From: an uncultured Phycisphaerales bacterium
GTDB taxonomy: Bacteria; Planctomycetota; Phycisphaerae; Sedimentisphaerales; Anaerobacaceae
Assembly: GCA_963772725.1 (NCBI GenBank)
Contig: CAVYYI010000001.1
Coordinates: 736,001-800,000 of the forward strand
DNA length: 64,000 nt
Reading direction: 5' to 3'
The notes below the pieces were generated by a model. The model saw only the letters and a list, made by a program, of their open reading frames with translations, did not search any database and had not been told where the DNA came from. Of the stretch, positions 12,419 to 23,251 are shown piece by piece (the first letter of the stretch is position 1; each line of letters opens with the position of its first letter). Both the position numbers and the translations under genes were made by a program.

Positions 12419-13384
12419 TTACCTCCTTATGCCAACAGCATTTCTAACCTTTTCGAGGGTTTGGCAGGCAATTATTCTCGCTCTTTCAGCACCATTTGTC
12501 AAAACCTGTTTTACTCGCTTAATATCATTTTCAAGTTCTGTCCTTTTTTGTCTGTATGGCCTGAAGTATTCTATCAGGAGTTCGGCAAGCCTCTTTTTGG
12601 CCTCTCCGTATCCCATACCGCCGCCCAGGTACCTGTTTCTCCATTGTGCCAATTCTTCCTGTGAGGCCACAAGTTTCAAAAGCGCGAAAACGTTGCATTT
12701 ATCGGGGTCTTTCGGTTCTTCCACGGGCGTCGAATCCGTAACAATCTTCATAACCTTCTTTTTGACATCTTTTTCCGGCTCGAATATCTCTATGGTGTTG
12801 CCGTAACTTTTGCTCATTTTGCGTCCGTCTATGCCAGGCACTACCGCGACAGATTCTATAATATATTCATCGGGCAAAGTAAGTATTTCGCCATAAGTAT
12901 TATTGAAGTATCCCGCGATGTCGCGGGTAACCTCTATGTGCTGTTTCTGGTCTGCTCCGACAGGGACAAGATTGCTATTAAAGATAAGTATGTCCGCAGC
13001 CTGGAGAACCGGGTACGCGAACAGGCCGTGATTAGCGCTGATACCCTGTGCGATTTTATCCTTGTAACTCGTGCATCTTTGCAGCAGGCCCATCGGGGTG
13101 ATGCACGACAGAATCCACATCAGTTCCGTAACTTCAGGCACATCAGACTGCCGCCAGAAAACGGTTTTTTCTGTGTCCAGCCCCAGCGCGATATAATCCA
13201 TCGTTACATCAAGAGTATGTTTTGCCACATCATCAGGCGCCGGATTGCTCGTCAGCGCATGATAATCAGCGATAAAGTAAAAACCATCGTGCTTTGCCTG
13301 CAGTTCTAAATGCTGCCGCATCGCCCCGAAATAGTTACCTATATGCAGCCGACCCGAAGGCTGTATTCCCGAAAGTACACGCAA
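12419..13384 (-). CDS. trpS: Tryptophan--tRNA ligase
   Basis: SGIQPSG, HIGNY, VPVGADQKQH and KMSKS motifs. Confidence 0.97.
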   Translation of the reverse strand: MRVLSGIQPSGRLHIGNYFGAMRQHLELQAKHDGFYFIADYHALTSNPAPDDVAKHTLDVTMDYIALGLDTEKTVFWRQSDVPEVTELMWILSCITPMGLLQRCTSYKDKIAQGISANHGLFAYPVLQAADILIFNSNLVPVGADQKQHIEVTRDIAGYFNNTYGEILTLPDEYIIESVAVVPGIDGRKMSKSYGNTIEIFEPEKDVKKKVMKIVTDSTPVEEPKDPDKCNVFALLKLVASQEELAQWRNRYLGGGMGYGEAKKRLAELLIEYFRPYRQKRTELENDIKRVKQVLTNGAERARIIACQTLEKVRNAVGIRR

Positions 13385-13427
13385 TCTAAATCTCCTGTTT
13401 TAACCACAAATTTCACTTAATAAATAT

Positions 13428-13498
13428 ACCACTAAGATACAAAGACACTAAGTTTTTTATAATTATATTTTTTCTTTGTGCCTTAGTGCCTTCGTGGT
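13428..13498. repeat. Inverted pair of 9-bp-unit arrays (short palindromic element)
   Basis: accactaagatacaaagacactaag (13428-13452) pairs with ctttgtgccttagtgccttcgtggt (13474-13498). Confidence 0.7.
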
Positions 13499-13566
13499 TG
13501 CCTTTAAATCCAAAATTCTTACGAAAAGGCTAACGATATTATGATAAAAAGTCAAGGATTTTGCTT

Positions 13567-15357
13567 TTACTGTTTGCTCGTAACGTAGATGACCTGCTCG
13601 GCGAAGAGGTTGGGGGCTACTTTGACCGGGCTGAGCCTGTTGCCTATCAGTGGAATTCTTTTTTCGATTTTCACGCCGAGTTTTTCGCAGAAACTTTCAA
13701 AATCCTTAAGCGATAGGCAATGAATATTCGGAGAATCGTGCCACTGGTAAGGGAGTTGTTTAGTTACCGGTGCTTTGCCGGAAATGAAAAGTTGGGCCCT
13801 ATTTCGCCAATAAGCAAAATTTGGGAAGCTGATAATGACTTTCCTGCCTACTCGCAACAGTTCGCTGAAAACTTTTTCCGTATTCTTTATCGTTTGAACG
13901 GTTTGAGAAAGTATTACATAATCGAAGCTTTTATCCTCGCGGACTTCCAGACCATGTTCGATATCATGCTGGATTATCGGGATACCCCTTGCTATGCACG
14001 CAATCACCAGGTCCTGTTCGAGTTCGATGCCTCTGCCGATAATGTTTTTGTCGCGTATAAGATTTGCCAGCAGTTCCCCGTCTCCGCAGCCGATATCCAA
14101 TACCCTGCTGTCGGGGGTTATCAGTGACTCAATCAGGTCATAATCAACGCGCGAGCGAAGATGGTATCTGCCGTCTCTTATCTGGTCCTTATCCGGCGCA
14201 GAGGCATTAACCGCTCCCGGCGAATAGGTTGAATCGAGAAATCCAGATATGAGCGAGCCGAGAACTTCAGGTTCGAGCAAAAACGCATCATGCCCATAGG
14301 GCGAAGCTATATTGCAGTAGCTGACATCCTTTTTGTCGGCAACTAGCGCATTAACTATCGCCTTCGATTGAGCGGGCGTAAAAAGCCAGTCGCTCGCGAA
14401 ACTAATGACGAGAAATCTGCTTTTGGCATTCGCGAAAGCCTTATCCATTGAGCCGTAATCTTTTGTGAGGTCGAAATAATCTATCGCCTTGGTAATATAT
14501 AGATAACTGTTGGCGTCGAATCTTTCCACGAAACTTTGCCCCTGATAATCCAGGTATGTCTCAACGGCGAATTCCGAATTAAAGTCGTAACTGTAACGGT
14601 CTTTGCTTCTGAGCTGCCTGCCGAATTTTTCACGCATACTCTCTTCGGACAGGTATGTTATATGGCCAATCATTCTCGCCATGGCCAGACCTCTATCAGG
14701 GCCGTTTCCATTACCGTATTTTCCCTCGGCAAAATTAGGGTCAGCTAATATGGCGTTTCGTCCGACAGCGTCAAAAGCTATGGATTGTGCGCTTAGATGG
14801 CCGGTTGTGGCTATGGGAATCGCCGTTTTGACAAAATCTGGATATTCAATCGCCCATTGCAGAACCTGCATACCGCCCATAGAGCCGCCGATAACCGCCA
14901 GAAGCTTTTTAATACCAAGTTTATCCAGCAGCAGCTTTTGGACTTTGACCATATCGGCTATTGTTATCATCGGGAAATCAAGGCCGTAAGGTCTGTTTGT
15001 AGCGGGATTTATCGAGCAGGGGCCTGTTGTCCCGCTGCATCCGCCGAGGAAGTTTGAGCAGATTACAAAGTATTTATTTGTGTCAATTCCCTTGCCAGGT
15101 CCGACCATAATGTCCCACCAGCCGGGTTTTTTGTCATCAGGACTATTATAGCCAGCAACATGGGCGTCGCCGCTAAGGGCGTGACAAATCAGGATTGCGT
15201 TATTCCCTCTGTCGCTAAGTCTGCCATATGTTTCATAAGCGACATCAATCGGGGCAATCTTTTTCCCGCACGCCAGTTCCAGCGGATTGGCTGCTTCAAC
15301 GACCCGTATCGTTTCTGTTTTGACTATACCTGCCGAATTTTTTTCTGTTTTTGCCAT
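13567..15357 (-). CDS. metX: Homoserine O-acetyltransferase fused to a C-terminal MetW-like methyltransferase domain
   Basis: [17 protein letters not shown] and GHDAFLLE motifs, then VLDIGCGDG...FPNFAYW...SPNIH in one ORF. Confidence 0.92.
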   Translation of the reverse strand: MAKTEKNSAGIVKTETIRVVEAANPLELACGKKIAPIDVAYETYGRLSDRGNNAILICHALSGDAHVAGYNSPDDKKPGWWDIMVGPGKGIDTNKYFVICSNFLGGCSGTTGPCSINPATNRPYGLDFPMITIADMVKVQKLLLDKLGIKKLLAVIGGSMGGMQVLQWAIEYPDFVKTAIPIATTGHLSAQSIAFDAVGRNAILADPNFAEGKYGNGNGPDRGLAMARMIGHITYLSEESMREKFGRQLRSKDRYSYDFNSEFAVETYLDYQGQSFVERFDANSYLYITKAIDYFDLTKDYGSMDKAFANAKSRFLVISFASDWLFTPAQSKAIVNALVADKKDVSYCNIASPYGHDAFLLEPEVLGSLISGFLDSTYSPGAVNASAPDKDQIRDGRYHLRSRVDYDLIESLITPDSRVLDIGCGDGELLANLIRDKNIIGRGIELEQDLVIACIARGIPIIQHDIEHGLEVREDKSFDYVILSQTVQTIKNTEKVFSELLRVGRKVIISFPNFAYWRNRAQLFISGKAPVTKQLPYQWHDSPNIHCLSLKDFESFCEKLGVKIEKRIPLIGNRLSPVKVAPNLFAEQVIYVTSKQ

Positions 15358-15434
15358 CGTGAAAAATCAAGTATATCTAAAAAATATCCAAATGTAAAGA
15401 ACCCTGGCCGATGAAAATTTAACCAGAAATTTAA

Positions 15435-16970
15435 GTAATGGGTCAGTTATGGGTGGGAGATATTGATTTTGCTGTAAGTATTAAGGTGCTCAAGTTTATG
15501 GCGTAGGATTTCCGATAAAATCCACAGTTTGATGAGATAAGACAAACAAATCGGGAATAAACGCAGATGATTTACTGTCAGCAATGCCTTGAAAAACAAC
15601 GTAAAATCGATGAGCTTCAGGAACAGATAGTTTCACTCAAGGCAAAATTACGACACAAGGAAAGGACAGCCAAAGAAGGTTTTTTCGGCTCATCCACGCC
15701 ATCCGCTAAAATTCCCATTAAGCCGAATTGTCAGATAGAACACACAAATAATTGCGGCGGAGGCAGAACAGGTCATAAAGGTCACGGCAGAACCGGTGTC
15801 TGTGAAAAAGATGCGGACTATGTGCAAAGGGTTGAGGCAGCCGATATATGCCCTGATTGCGGAAGCGTTTTGGAGAACAAAGGCACAAGACAACGAGCGG
15901 TAATTGATTGCCAGCCTGTTAAGATAAAAAAGCTTCTGTATAATTTGGAACGCAAGTATTGTCCGCGATGCCAAAAGGTAGTTGCCGCCAAACCTCCTGG
16001 TGTTCTGCCAAAGTGTTTATATTCGAATAATCTGCTTGTCTATGTGGCAGTACAGCACTATATCTATGGCAATACACTGGGTCAGATAGAAAAACAAACA
16101 GGCATCGGCTACAGCAGTATAGTTGACGCTTTGCACCAGTTGGCAGGGATATTGAAAGATGTTCCCAAATCACTCATAGAAGACTATCGCAAGGCCGCTG
16201 TTAAGCACGCTGATGAGACTGGTTGGCGGACAGACGGCCAGAACGGTTTCTCGTGGCTGTTTTGCACGCCTGATATTAGTATCTTTCGATTCCGCTCCAG
16301 CCGTTCTGCCCGTGTAGCCAAAGAGGTTTTTGGCGAAAAGCCCTTGCCGGGTGTTCTGGTTGTGGATCGCTATAACGGCTACAATAGGATGCCTTGTAAG
16401 ATTCAATATTGTTATGCACATCTATTGCGTAATGTTAAGGATTTGGAAAAAGATTTTCCCGAAAACATGGAAATCAGGTCTTTCGTTGAAGCGTTGGTCT
16501 CCCAGTTGGCTAATGCAATCAGCCTTCGCACATTAGATATAACAGACCGACAGTTTAAGCGGCAGGCAGCTAAAATTAAGAGAGCCATCATCGATATTGT
16601 TAATCACCATGCCAACCATCCGGCCATCCAGAATATGCAGGATATTTTTCGTGAAAAGGCCGATAGGCTTTACCACTGGGCCGATGACCGTAAGGTACCG
16701 GCAGATAACAATTTGGCTGAACGGGAACTGCGTCCGCTTGTTATTGCCAGAAAGATAAGTTTCGGCTCTCAATCTGAAGATGGGGCAAAAACGCGTGAGA
16801 TTCTTATGACGGTATTACATACTATGCGAAAAAGATGTCCGGATGTTGTTGATGCCTTCAAGTCTGCACTCAACAAACTTGCCGAACAGCCTGATATAGA
16901 CCTTTCCAAAGTTCTCTTCCGTGCCGACTCATCATAACCTGCACCTGCCCACCCATAACTGACCCATTAC
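15435..16970 (+). mobile_element. IS66-family element (single-ORF, ISBst12-like)
   Basis: Terminal inverted repeats gtaatgggtcagttatgggtggg / cccacccataactgacccattac; 8-bp target duplication aaatttaa (15427-15434 and 16971-16978). Confidence 0.93.
15567..16937 (+). CDS. IS66-family transposase
   Basis: Coiled coil, CPDCG...CPRC zinc finger, HADETGW, QYCYAHLLR and DNNLAERELR motifs. Confidence 0.95.
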   Translation: MIYCQQCLEKQRKIDELQEQIVSLKAKLRHKERTAKEGFFGSSTPSAKIPIKPNCQIEHTNNCGGGRTGHKGHGRTGVCEKDADYVQRVEAADICPDCGSVLENKGTRQRAVIDCQPVKIKKLLYNLERKYCPRCQKVVAAKPPGVLPKCLYSNNLLVYVAVQHYIYGNTLGQIEKQTGIGYSSIVDALHQLAGILKDVPKSLIEDYRKAAVKHADETGWRTDGQNGFSWLFCTPDISIFRFRSSRSARVAKEVFGEKPLPGVLVVDRYNGYNRMPCKIQYCYAHLLRNVKDLEKDFPENMEIRSFVEALVSQLANAISLRTLDITDRQFKRQAAKIKRAIIDIVNHHANHPAIQNMQDIFREKADRLYHWADDRKVPADNNLAERELRPLVIARKISFGSQSEDGAKTREILMTVLHTMRKRCPDVVDAFKSALNKLAEQPDIDLSKVLFRADSS

Positions 16971-17096
16971 AAATTTAACCAGAAATCTCTTGACATACGA
17001 TAAAATCTTTCCTTTAATTATATATAATGGGGTGACACAGAAGTTGTTTAAAGCTATAATAAGTTAAAAGCATCCATTTTATAAAGGGGCAGAACT

Positions 17097-17291
17097 ATGG
17101 CAAAAAAGAAAATGCTTACAAGAGGCACGTGGCTGGCAGGTGACCTTAAAACACTCAAGAATCTTTTTCCGAACAATCCGACAGCCAGAATCGCTGCAAA
17201 GCTCGGCCGTCCGGTTGACGCTGTGAAAAAGAAAGCATCCAGAATGGGACTTGTCAAGTCCGCGAAATATATGAAGACTCTCGGCAGATAG
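17097..17291 (+). CDS. Small basic protein, probable HTH/Myb-like DNA-binding fold
   Basis: W...DLKTLKNLF...IAAKLGRPVDAVKKKASRMGL pattern; AAGGGG RBS. Confidence 0.65.
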   Translation: MAKKKMLTRGTWLAGDLKTLKNLFPNNPTARIAAKLGRPVDAVKKKASRMGLVKSAKYMKTLGR

Positions 17292-17294
17292 CAG

Positions 17295-17756
17295 TTAAAG
17301 CGTGAGTTCTTCGGAAATCTGCGAAAGGTAGTCTTCGATTTTTGCGGAAAGTGTTTCGCTGATTTTTTGGCCAAGCGCGACAACTTCCGGTTCGATGCCA
17401 AAAATGACAATCCGCTCAGGACATTGCCCGAGCTGCTTTGCCATCTTGACAACACGGAGTATATCTATCTCGTGCAGTGAGAAGTGCGTTAGTTTTTTTA
17501 CGCTTTTGGCCTGGTCGGGGGGAATTTTATTATTGTTCCAGGTGGAGTCCCCATATATGCGAGATCAATTAAAACAGCCTTTCGTCTGCCTTCAATAAGA
17601 TGCAGCAGCGACATACCCCCTGTGCCTGCGTCCAGAAATTCAACATCCGGATATTTATCAGCTTGTTTAAGAAGTCTCTCAATGATAAATCCGCCGATAC
17701 CCTCATCAGACATCAGCGGATTGCCAAGCCCCAAAACAACGATATCTTTTTTTCAT
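17295..17756 (-). CDS. Hydrogenase maturation protease, frameshifted
   Basis: VVLGLGNPLMSDEGIG, LDAGTGG and SLHE motifs; last gene of the hydrogenase operon. Confidence 0.88.
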
Positions 17757-19075
17757 TTATTTTACAAATTTCACATTGAGATGTGCGTCGAGCAGGAAAT
17801 GCACGGGTCGTACGAGCGAACGAGCATTTCCATTTTCTGCCGCACGGCATCTTGCCCTCGTCCATTATTTCCGGCACGAACTTTTCAAAATCCTTCTGGA
17901 TATTGGCGTGGTTCTGGTTCGTCGGGATACACATGTCGGCCGCCATGCAATCGCCCTTTTTGTCGAATTCGTAGGTGTGGAACAGTATTCCGCGCGGCGC
18001 TTCGACACAGCCCGAACCTCTGCCGGCCTTGGGCTTGACCTTTACCTTTTCTTTCTTGAGGCCTTTTGTCAGGAGCTTATCGATCATCTGAATACTTGTC
18101 TTCGACGACATGGACGGCCTCGACAAGCTGGGCAACGCTGTTCATAAACGGATTGCAGCAGCCTTTTTTAAGCCCGAACGTCTTGGCAAGCTGCCTTGCG
18201 CCAGCGGCGAAAGCAGATCGGCGTTATTGTTAAATCTTGCCAGTGCGCCGACCGCATACGCATCACGATGCCACTTTGGCCTATTTGGCCGTCGATTGCG
18301 GCACGACATATTCATTGGCCACCTTCTCCCACTTGTTCACCGGCACGGTTTTGCCTTTGGCATCGGTGGAAGTTATATCGCCGTGATAGAATGTATAGGT
18401 TGGCGGGTTCTTCTGCTTCAGCGAGACATATTCGGTGTCGCGCTCAAAGGCGGGCAGATTGCCCGCCACGCTGAGCACCACATCGGCAATGCACTTCAGG
18501 TCGGCAACGGTTTCTTTTAAGTTTTTCCTGCAATTCGCGGAACTGCTGTTCGGTCGGGATCATTGTCAAGCCGCCCGACTTTGAGCGTTACCGGATGCGT
18601 TGTGTCTGCCCGCGAGCAGATCGGACCACGTCATTTGCGAGCCGGTGTGTGCGGATAATGGTCTTTACGGCATCCGTCGCCTTTGCGACCAGCGGCACAA
18701 CCGATGGCGCATCGAAAAAATCCGGCGCAACAAGATAGCCGACATGCAGCACATGGCTTTGAAGTTGCTCGGAATAGTGCATCAGTATACGGAGCATATC
18801 CGCCTGCTCGGATACCTTGTACCCCCATCGCAGCTTCAACGGCCTTTGTCGCCGCCAGCGAATGCGTAATCGAGCAGATGCCGCAGATACGGCTGACGAT
18901 AATCTGTATATCCTCGTAACTGTCGCCCGCGCACCATCGCCTCGAAGAACCGCGGCGCCTCGGGCACCTGCCACTCGCATTTTTCGATTTTGCCGTTTTT
19001 GCGCATTAACGACTATATTGCCGTGTCCCTCGACGCGGGTTACATGTTTTACATTTATGTATCTATTTTACTCAT
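17757..19075 (-). CDS. Group 3b [NiFe]-hydrogenase (sulfhydrogenase) large alpha subunit, multiple frameshifts
   Basis: HVTRVEGHG, L1 motif RICGICSITH, VEAPRG and L2 motif YDPCISCSTH read across frames. Confidence 0.9.
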
Positions 19076-19819
19076 CTGTCGGCCTCTGTTTGCTTCCAAA
19101 AAGAACCATTTTGCTCTTTAACTCTTCAACGGTTAAACCATATTTTTCCATCACATCTTTTGCGGCATCCACATTTGGCTTATCAATATAGCCGCGGCAG
19201 CCGAAGCACCTGAATCCCGCCGACGGACATCTCGCCCCGCAGCCGGCCCTGATAATCGGCCCAAGGCAAATCTGCCCATAATCCCACAGGCACAGATTTT
19301 CTTTCGCCTTGCACTCCACGCACACCGGATATTCGGGAATTTCCGGCTTTTTGCCCAGAAGCAGGCAGCGAATCACATAGGTAAATTCCTTCCTGTCCAT
19401 CGGGCAGCCGTGAATCTTGTAATCAACCTTGACAACCTCATCGATCGCCTTTGTCATCGCGGTTTCAAGATGCGGCATATCCGGCTTCTTTGCCATAGAC
19501 GCATTTTTTGACTTCATCAAGGTCAAAATTATTTTTGAGCTTGTTGACGCCGCCGATGGTCGCACAGGCGCCCAGCGCGATCAGAATCTTTGCTCTGCTG
19601 CGGATAATCTCAAAGCCGTTCCTCATCTTCCGGCCGGGTGATCGAGCCTTCGATAATCGCGATATCATAATCGTGGCTTTGTTCGCTCATCGCCTCGCGC
19701 CACTCGACCACATCGACGCCGCCGATCAGATCGAGAATTTCCTCTTCGAGGTTGACGATCTGAAGCTGGCAGCCTTCGCAGCATGCGAAATCAAAAATAG
19801 CTACTCTTGGTTTACTCAT
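19068..19819 (-). CDS. Group 3b hydrogenase small delta subunit, frameshifted
   Basis: [26 protein letters not shown] and [15 protein letters not shown] motifs. Confidence 0.88.
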
Positions 19820-19820
19820 A

Positions 19821-20666
19821 TTATATTGCCTCCGGCACAACGCCAGATCGGAACAACTGAATACCGGGCCATCCTGACACACATACAAATTATTTATCTG
19901 GCAGTGGCCGCATTTGCCCACGCCGCATTTCATTCTTCTTTCGAGATTGACATAAATATCTTTCCGGCGACACTTCTGCCTCCTGAAGCGCCAACAGCAC
20001 AAACTTATACATCACCGGCGGGCCGCAGATAAATATATCCGCCGTTTGTCAGCTCCGTTTCAATTTTGGGAATCAGCGTCGTAACCACGCCGACATTGCC
20101 GTTCCAGCAGTCGTCAGCCTGGTCAATCGTTTCCATAAAATGTATATCGTCTCTGTGCGACCAGCCGGCCAGTTCCTCACGGAAAAATCTCTGCATTAAT
20201 GACACTTTGTTCCCTGCAGAATCGTCACCTCGCCGTAATCCTTGCGATGATCCAGCACATAATTGATAAACGACCGCTGCGGCACAAGCCCGATGCCGCC
20301 GCAGATGAAAACAAGGTTTTTTCCCTTCGTTTCTTCTACCGGATAAAGCCTTTGCCGAAACGGCCCGCGGATGCCGACCTTGTCGCCGGCTTTCATCTTG
20401 TGGATCGCCGTTCGTCACATTGCCGACATTGCGGATCACCAGCTCGAAGCCGCCTTTCTGTGTCGGCGAGGACGAGATTGAAATCGGCGCCTCGCCCAAG
20501 CCCGCGACCGACACTTCCACAAACTGGCCCGGCTCATAATCGAAACTCGCCAGAATCAAGCGAAAGCTTGCATATACATCTCCGTGCCGTTCATCATCCG
20601 GCCTTGCTTTATCGTCGCCATCTCCGGCAGATAAATATCTTTTTCTGTACCGCAACATTCACACAT
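19821..20666 (-). CDS. Group 3b hydrogenase gamma subunit (FAD/NAD-binding, 2Fe-2S), frameshifted
   Basis: [23 protein letters not shown] and [14 protein letters not shown]...CQDGPVF motifs. Confidence 0.88.
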
Positions 20667-20699
20667 TATTGTATAACTCCTTATGTTTAAACCGGGTTC

Positions 20700-21743
20700 G
20701 GTCAAAATATTATTTAACCCTAAATCCTCGACAAGCCTGTTATAAACATTCACCGGATTGGCGATATCCGGCACACACGCCCCCACGCATCTGCCGCAGC
20801 CCACACAGGCAATCTCGCTGTCTATCTTTGCTGGCACATATTTGCCTTTGCGATAAAGCCGATGGCGGAATCGGTCGGCCTTTTCTTTCTGAATTCGTGT
20901 CGCCCGCCACTTTCGTAAACCCATCGAGCAGGCAGCCATCCCATACCCGCTGGCGTTTGCCGGTCTTCAAGTCCCAGTTCACATCATCCTGCACATCGAA
21001 AGCAGTAGCATGTCGGACACACCTGGTTGCACGAGCCGCAGGAAAAACACGTCTTTGCCTTTTCTTCCCACACCGGATGATTATATGCCTTTTCCAGCAA
21101 GGCCGGTATATCCGAAGGCTTGCAGTTGAGATGATGCTTATTCAGCGATTTTTCATTTTTCTGCCACACCGCTTCACGTTTTTTCAAATCGTCTTCTGTC
21201 GCATCCACGCGCTTCGGCGCTTTCGCCAGAAGCTCCTCGCCTTTTGCCGTGGCCGCATCGGCAAGATAGCCCCGCCGATATCGGTCAGAAGAATATCATA
21301 GCCGTCTTTTCACTGTGGCCGTTCCCATCGACGACGCAAACACATTCTTCGACGGCTTGCCACATCGCACGCGATGATCGTCGCGGCCTTGCGCCGTGCC
21401 ATATAGTGCGTATCATATTCATCCTGGCGAAAAGCTTATCCATCTGGTTGATGGCGATCATATCATACGGATGCACACCGAGAAGGATAAAACTCTCGCA
21501 GGCATGTTGAGACTTGTAACCGTCTTTAACCTCGAAAGTTACCAGCGTTTCAACCGGAGGCTGAAAAAACGTCTTTGGCGGCTGAAGTGTAACATCATAA
21601 TCAAGCCGTAAATCCTTCGCTGAAGTAAGGGGGGCAAAATGAAACCTGTCGCCCTTAGCCTGCACACCGATTACTTTTTCGCTTTTTATAAGAGAATCGA
21701 CAAGATTTGCCAGACTCTCTTTAGTTAACTTCTTTATGCTCAT
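20700..21743 (-). CDS. Group 3b hydrogenase beta subunit (4Fe-4S dicluster), frameshifted; 3' end approximate
   Basis: CFSCGSCNQVCPTCYCF, WDGC and CVGCGRCVGAC motifs. Confidence 0.87.
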
Positions 21744-21992
21744 TTTTTCTATCCTGCTTAAAATTCCTTAAGAATAGCATTTTAAAACCAGATATAAGTT
21801 TTTATTGTGAAAATAATCACAAAAAATTAAGTTTACCTTTCTGAGGTTTAATTATCAAGGGAAAATCCTGCTGTTTTCTTTTCTTTTTTTGCTATTATCA
21901 ATCAGAGATGAAAACCGCACCCAATCAAACATTGGAATTGTCAAATTTTCTTATTATGGTATGATTTATGAAAGATTATTGAGGATGATTTT

Positions 21993-22571
21993 ATGTCTAA
22001 AAAAATTCTTCTGCTTTGCACAAGCCCTAAAAAAGACGGAAACACCGCTTTGCTGGCTGAATGGTTCAGCCAGGGAGCCCGCGCAAAAGGTGCGGACGTC
22101 GAAATTGTCCGCACATCGCTTTTGAAATATAAAACAAACGGCTGCATTTCCTGCCGGATGTGCCAGAAAAGCGATAAATACCAGTGTTGTATCGATGACG
22201 ATGCAAGGCCGGTTTTAGCCAAAATGGCCGAAGTAGGTGTGATTGTTTTCGCTACACCGCTTTATTTTTTCGGCCCAAGCGCACAGCTTAAACTCATTTT
22301 CGACAGGATGTTTTCGCTTTATAAATGGGACAACGACGCCGGAACGATGGAAACACCCTTAAAAGGCAAAACGCTTGTTCTCCTGGCCAGCGCCTATGAA
22401 GATATCGGTCTTGACGCCCTTGAAAAACCTTTTGCGATAACAGCCCAATATTCCGGCATGAAATTTGAATCTATTCTTGTGGCCAACGCAGGTGTTTCGG
22501 GCGAGATTGCGGCAAAACGACCCGATATACGCGAGAAGGTTATATCTCTGGGAATCAATATGGCAAAATAA
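21993..22571 (+). CDS. Flavodoxin family / iron-sulfur flavoprotein (NADPH-dependent FMN reductase-like)
   Basis: SPKKDGNT, CISCRMC...C..DD and FATPLYF motifs. Confidence 0.9.
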   Translation: MSKKILLLCTSPKKDGNTALLAEWFSQGARAKGADVEIVRTSLLKYKTNGCISCRMCQKSDKYQCCIDDDARPVLAKMAEVGVIVFATPLYFFGPSAQLKLIFDRMFSLYKWDNDAGTMETPLKGKTLVLLASAYEDIGLDALEKPFAITAQYSGMKFESILVANAGVSGEIAAKRPDIREKVISLGINMAK

Positions 22572-22622
22572 CAAAGATATTGACAGTAACCACAAAAATC
22601 TTATAGACTCTATGAAGATTTC

Positions 22623-22694
22623 GCGGGCGTAACTCAGCGGTAGAGCGTCAGCTTCCCAAGCTGAAAGTCGTGGGTTCGAATCCCATCGCCCGCT
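22623..22694 (+). tRNA. tRNA-Gly (anticodon CCC), CCA not encoded
   Basis: Cloverleaf: acceptor gcgggcg/cgcccgc, anticodon arm tcagc-ttCCCaa-gctga, T arm gtggg-ttcgaat-cccat. Confidence 0.96.
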
Positions 22695-22810
22695 GTTAAA
22701 TTGAAAAAATAGCGTATGGCGTACAGCGTATAGCGTGCAGATTTGTAAAAGCAAAAAGTAAAAAGAAAATATGCGGATTTAAGGCGCCTCTGTCTTTTTA
22801 TCCGTCAAAT

Positions 22811-23030
22811 ATGAAGCTTGATATGCGGCATATCAAGTTCACATCGGCCAAATGCAAGTTTACAGCGGCATGCTGCTGATTTACAGCGATTCAATGTAAA
22901 TCAACACCGGCACAATGCCAATTTACATCGCTAAACTGAAAATTTGCTTTAACCCAGTGTAAATCCGCAATGGCCTGATGTAAATTTACATCGCTGCAAT
23001 GTAAATTATCATCGGGGCAATGTGAATATC
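22811..23030. repeat. Degenerate tandem array of ~10 x 21-bp units, consensus TGTAAATTTACATCGxxxCAA
   Basis: Units start at 22832, 22853, 22874, 22895, 22916, 22937, 22958, 22979, 23000 and 23021; the core TGTAAATTTACA is palindromic. Confidence 0.85.
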
Positions 23031-23251
23031 GTTTTTGAGATTTTAAGCATCGAAAAGGTGTTTTTAAGTCCTTTATATTAAATAAGTTATGTATTTTATG
23101 CTGTTTTAAGTGTTTAAATTCCCTGTTTTTTTGTTAAGGCATATCCATAATCTTCCGAAAGCACAGGTAAATATTTGAATTTTGGTTATTTGAGATTGTT
23201 TCGGATTTCGTTATTCGGATTTTATAATATTTTTAAATAAGGGGGTTAATT

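Noticed and set aside
15358..15434. SAM riboswitch upstream of metX
   Set aside because: No recognisable SAM-I or SAM-II core, and the leader is short and bounded by IS66.
22811..23030. CRISPR array
   Set aside because: Units are contiguous 21-mers without unique spacers, they are degenerate, and no cas genes are visible in the window.
22853..23030. Selenocysteine or TGA read-through Cys-rich peptide (CKFTxxQ heptads)
   Set aside because: The three TGA codons fall at different heptad positions and only one replaces Cys. No SECIS is evident, and TGA is a normal stop elsewhere in the window.
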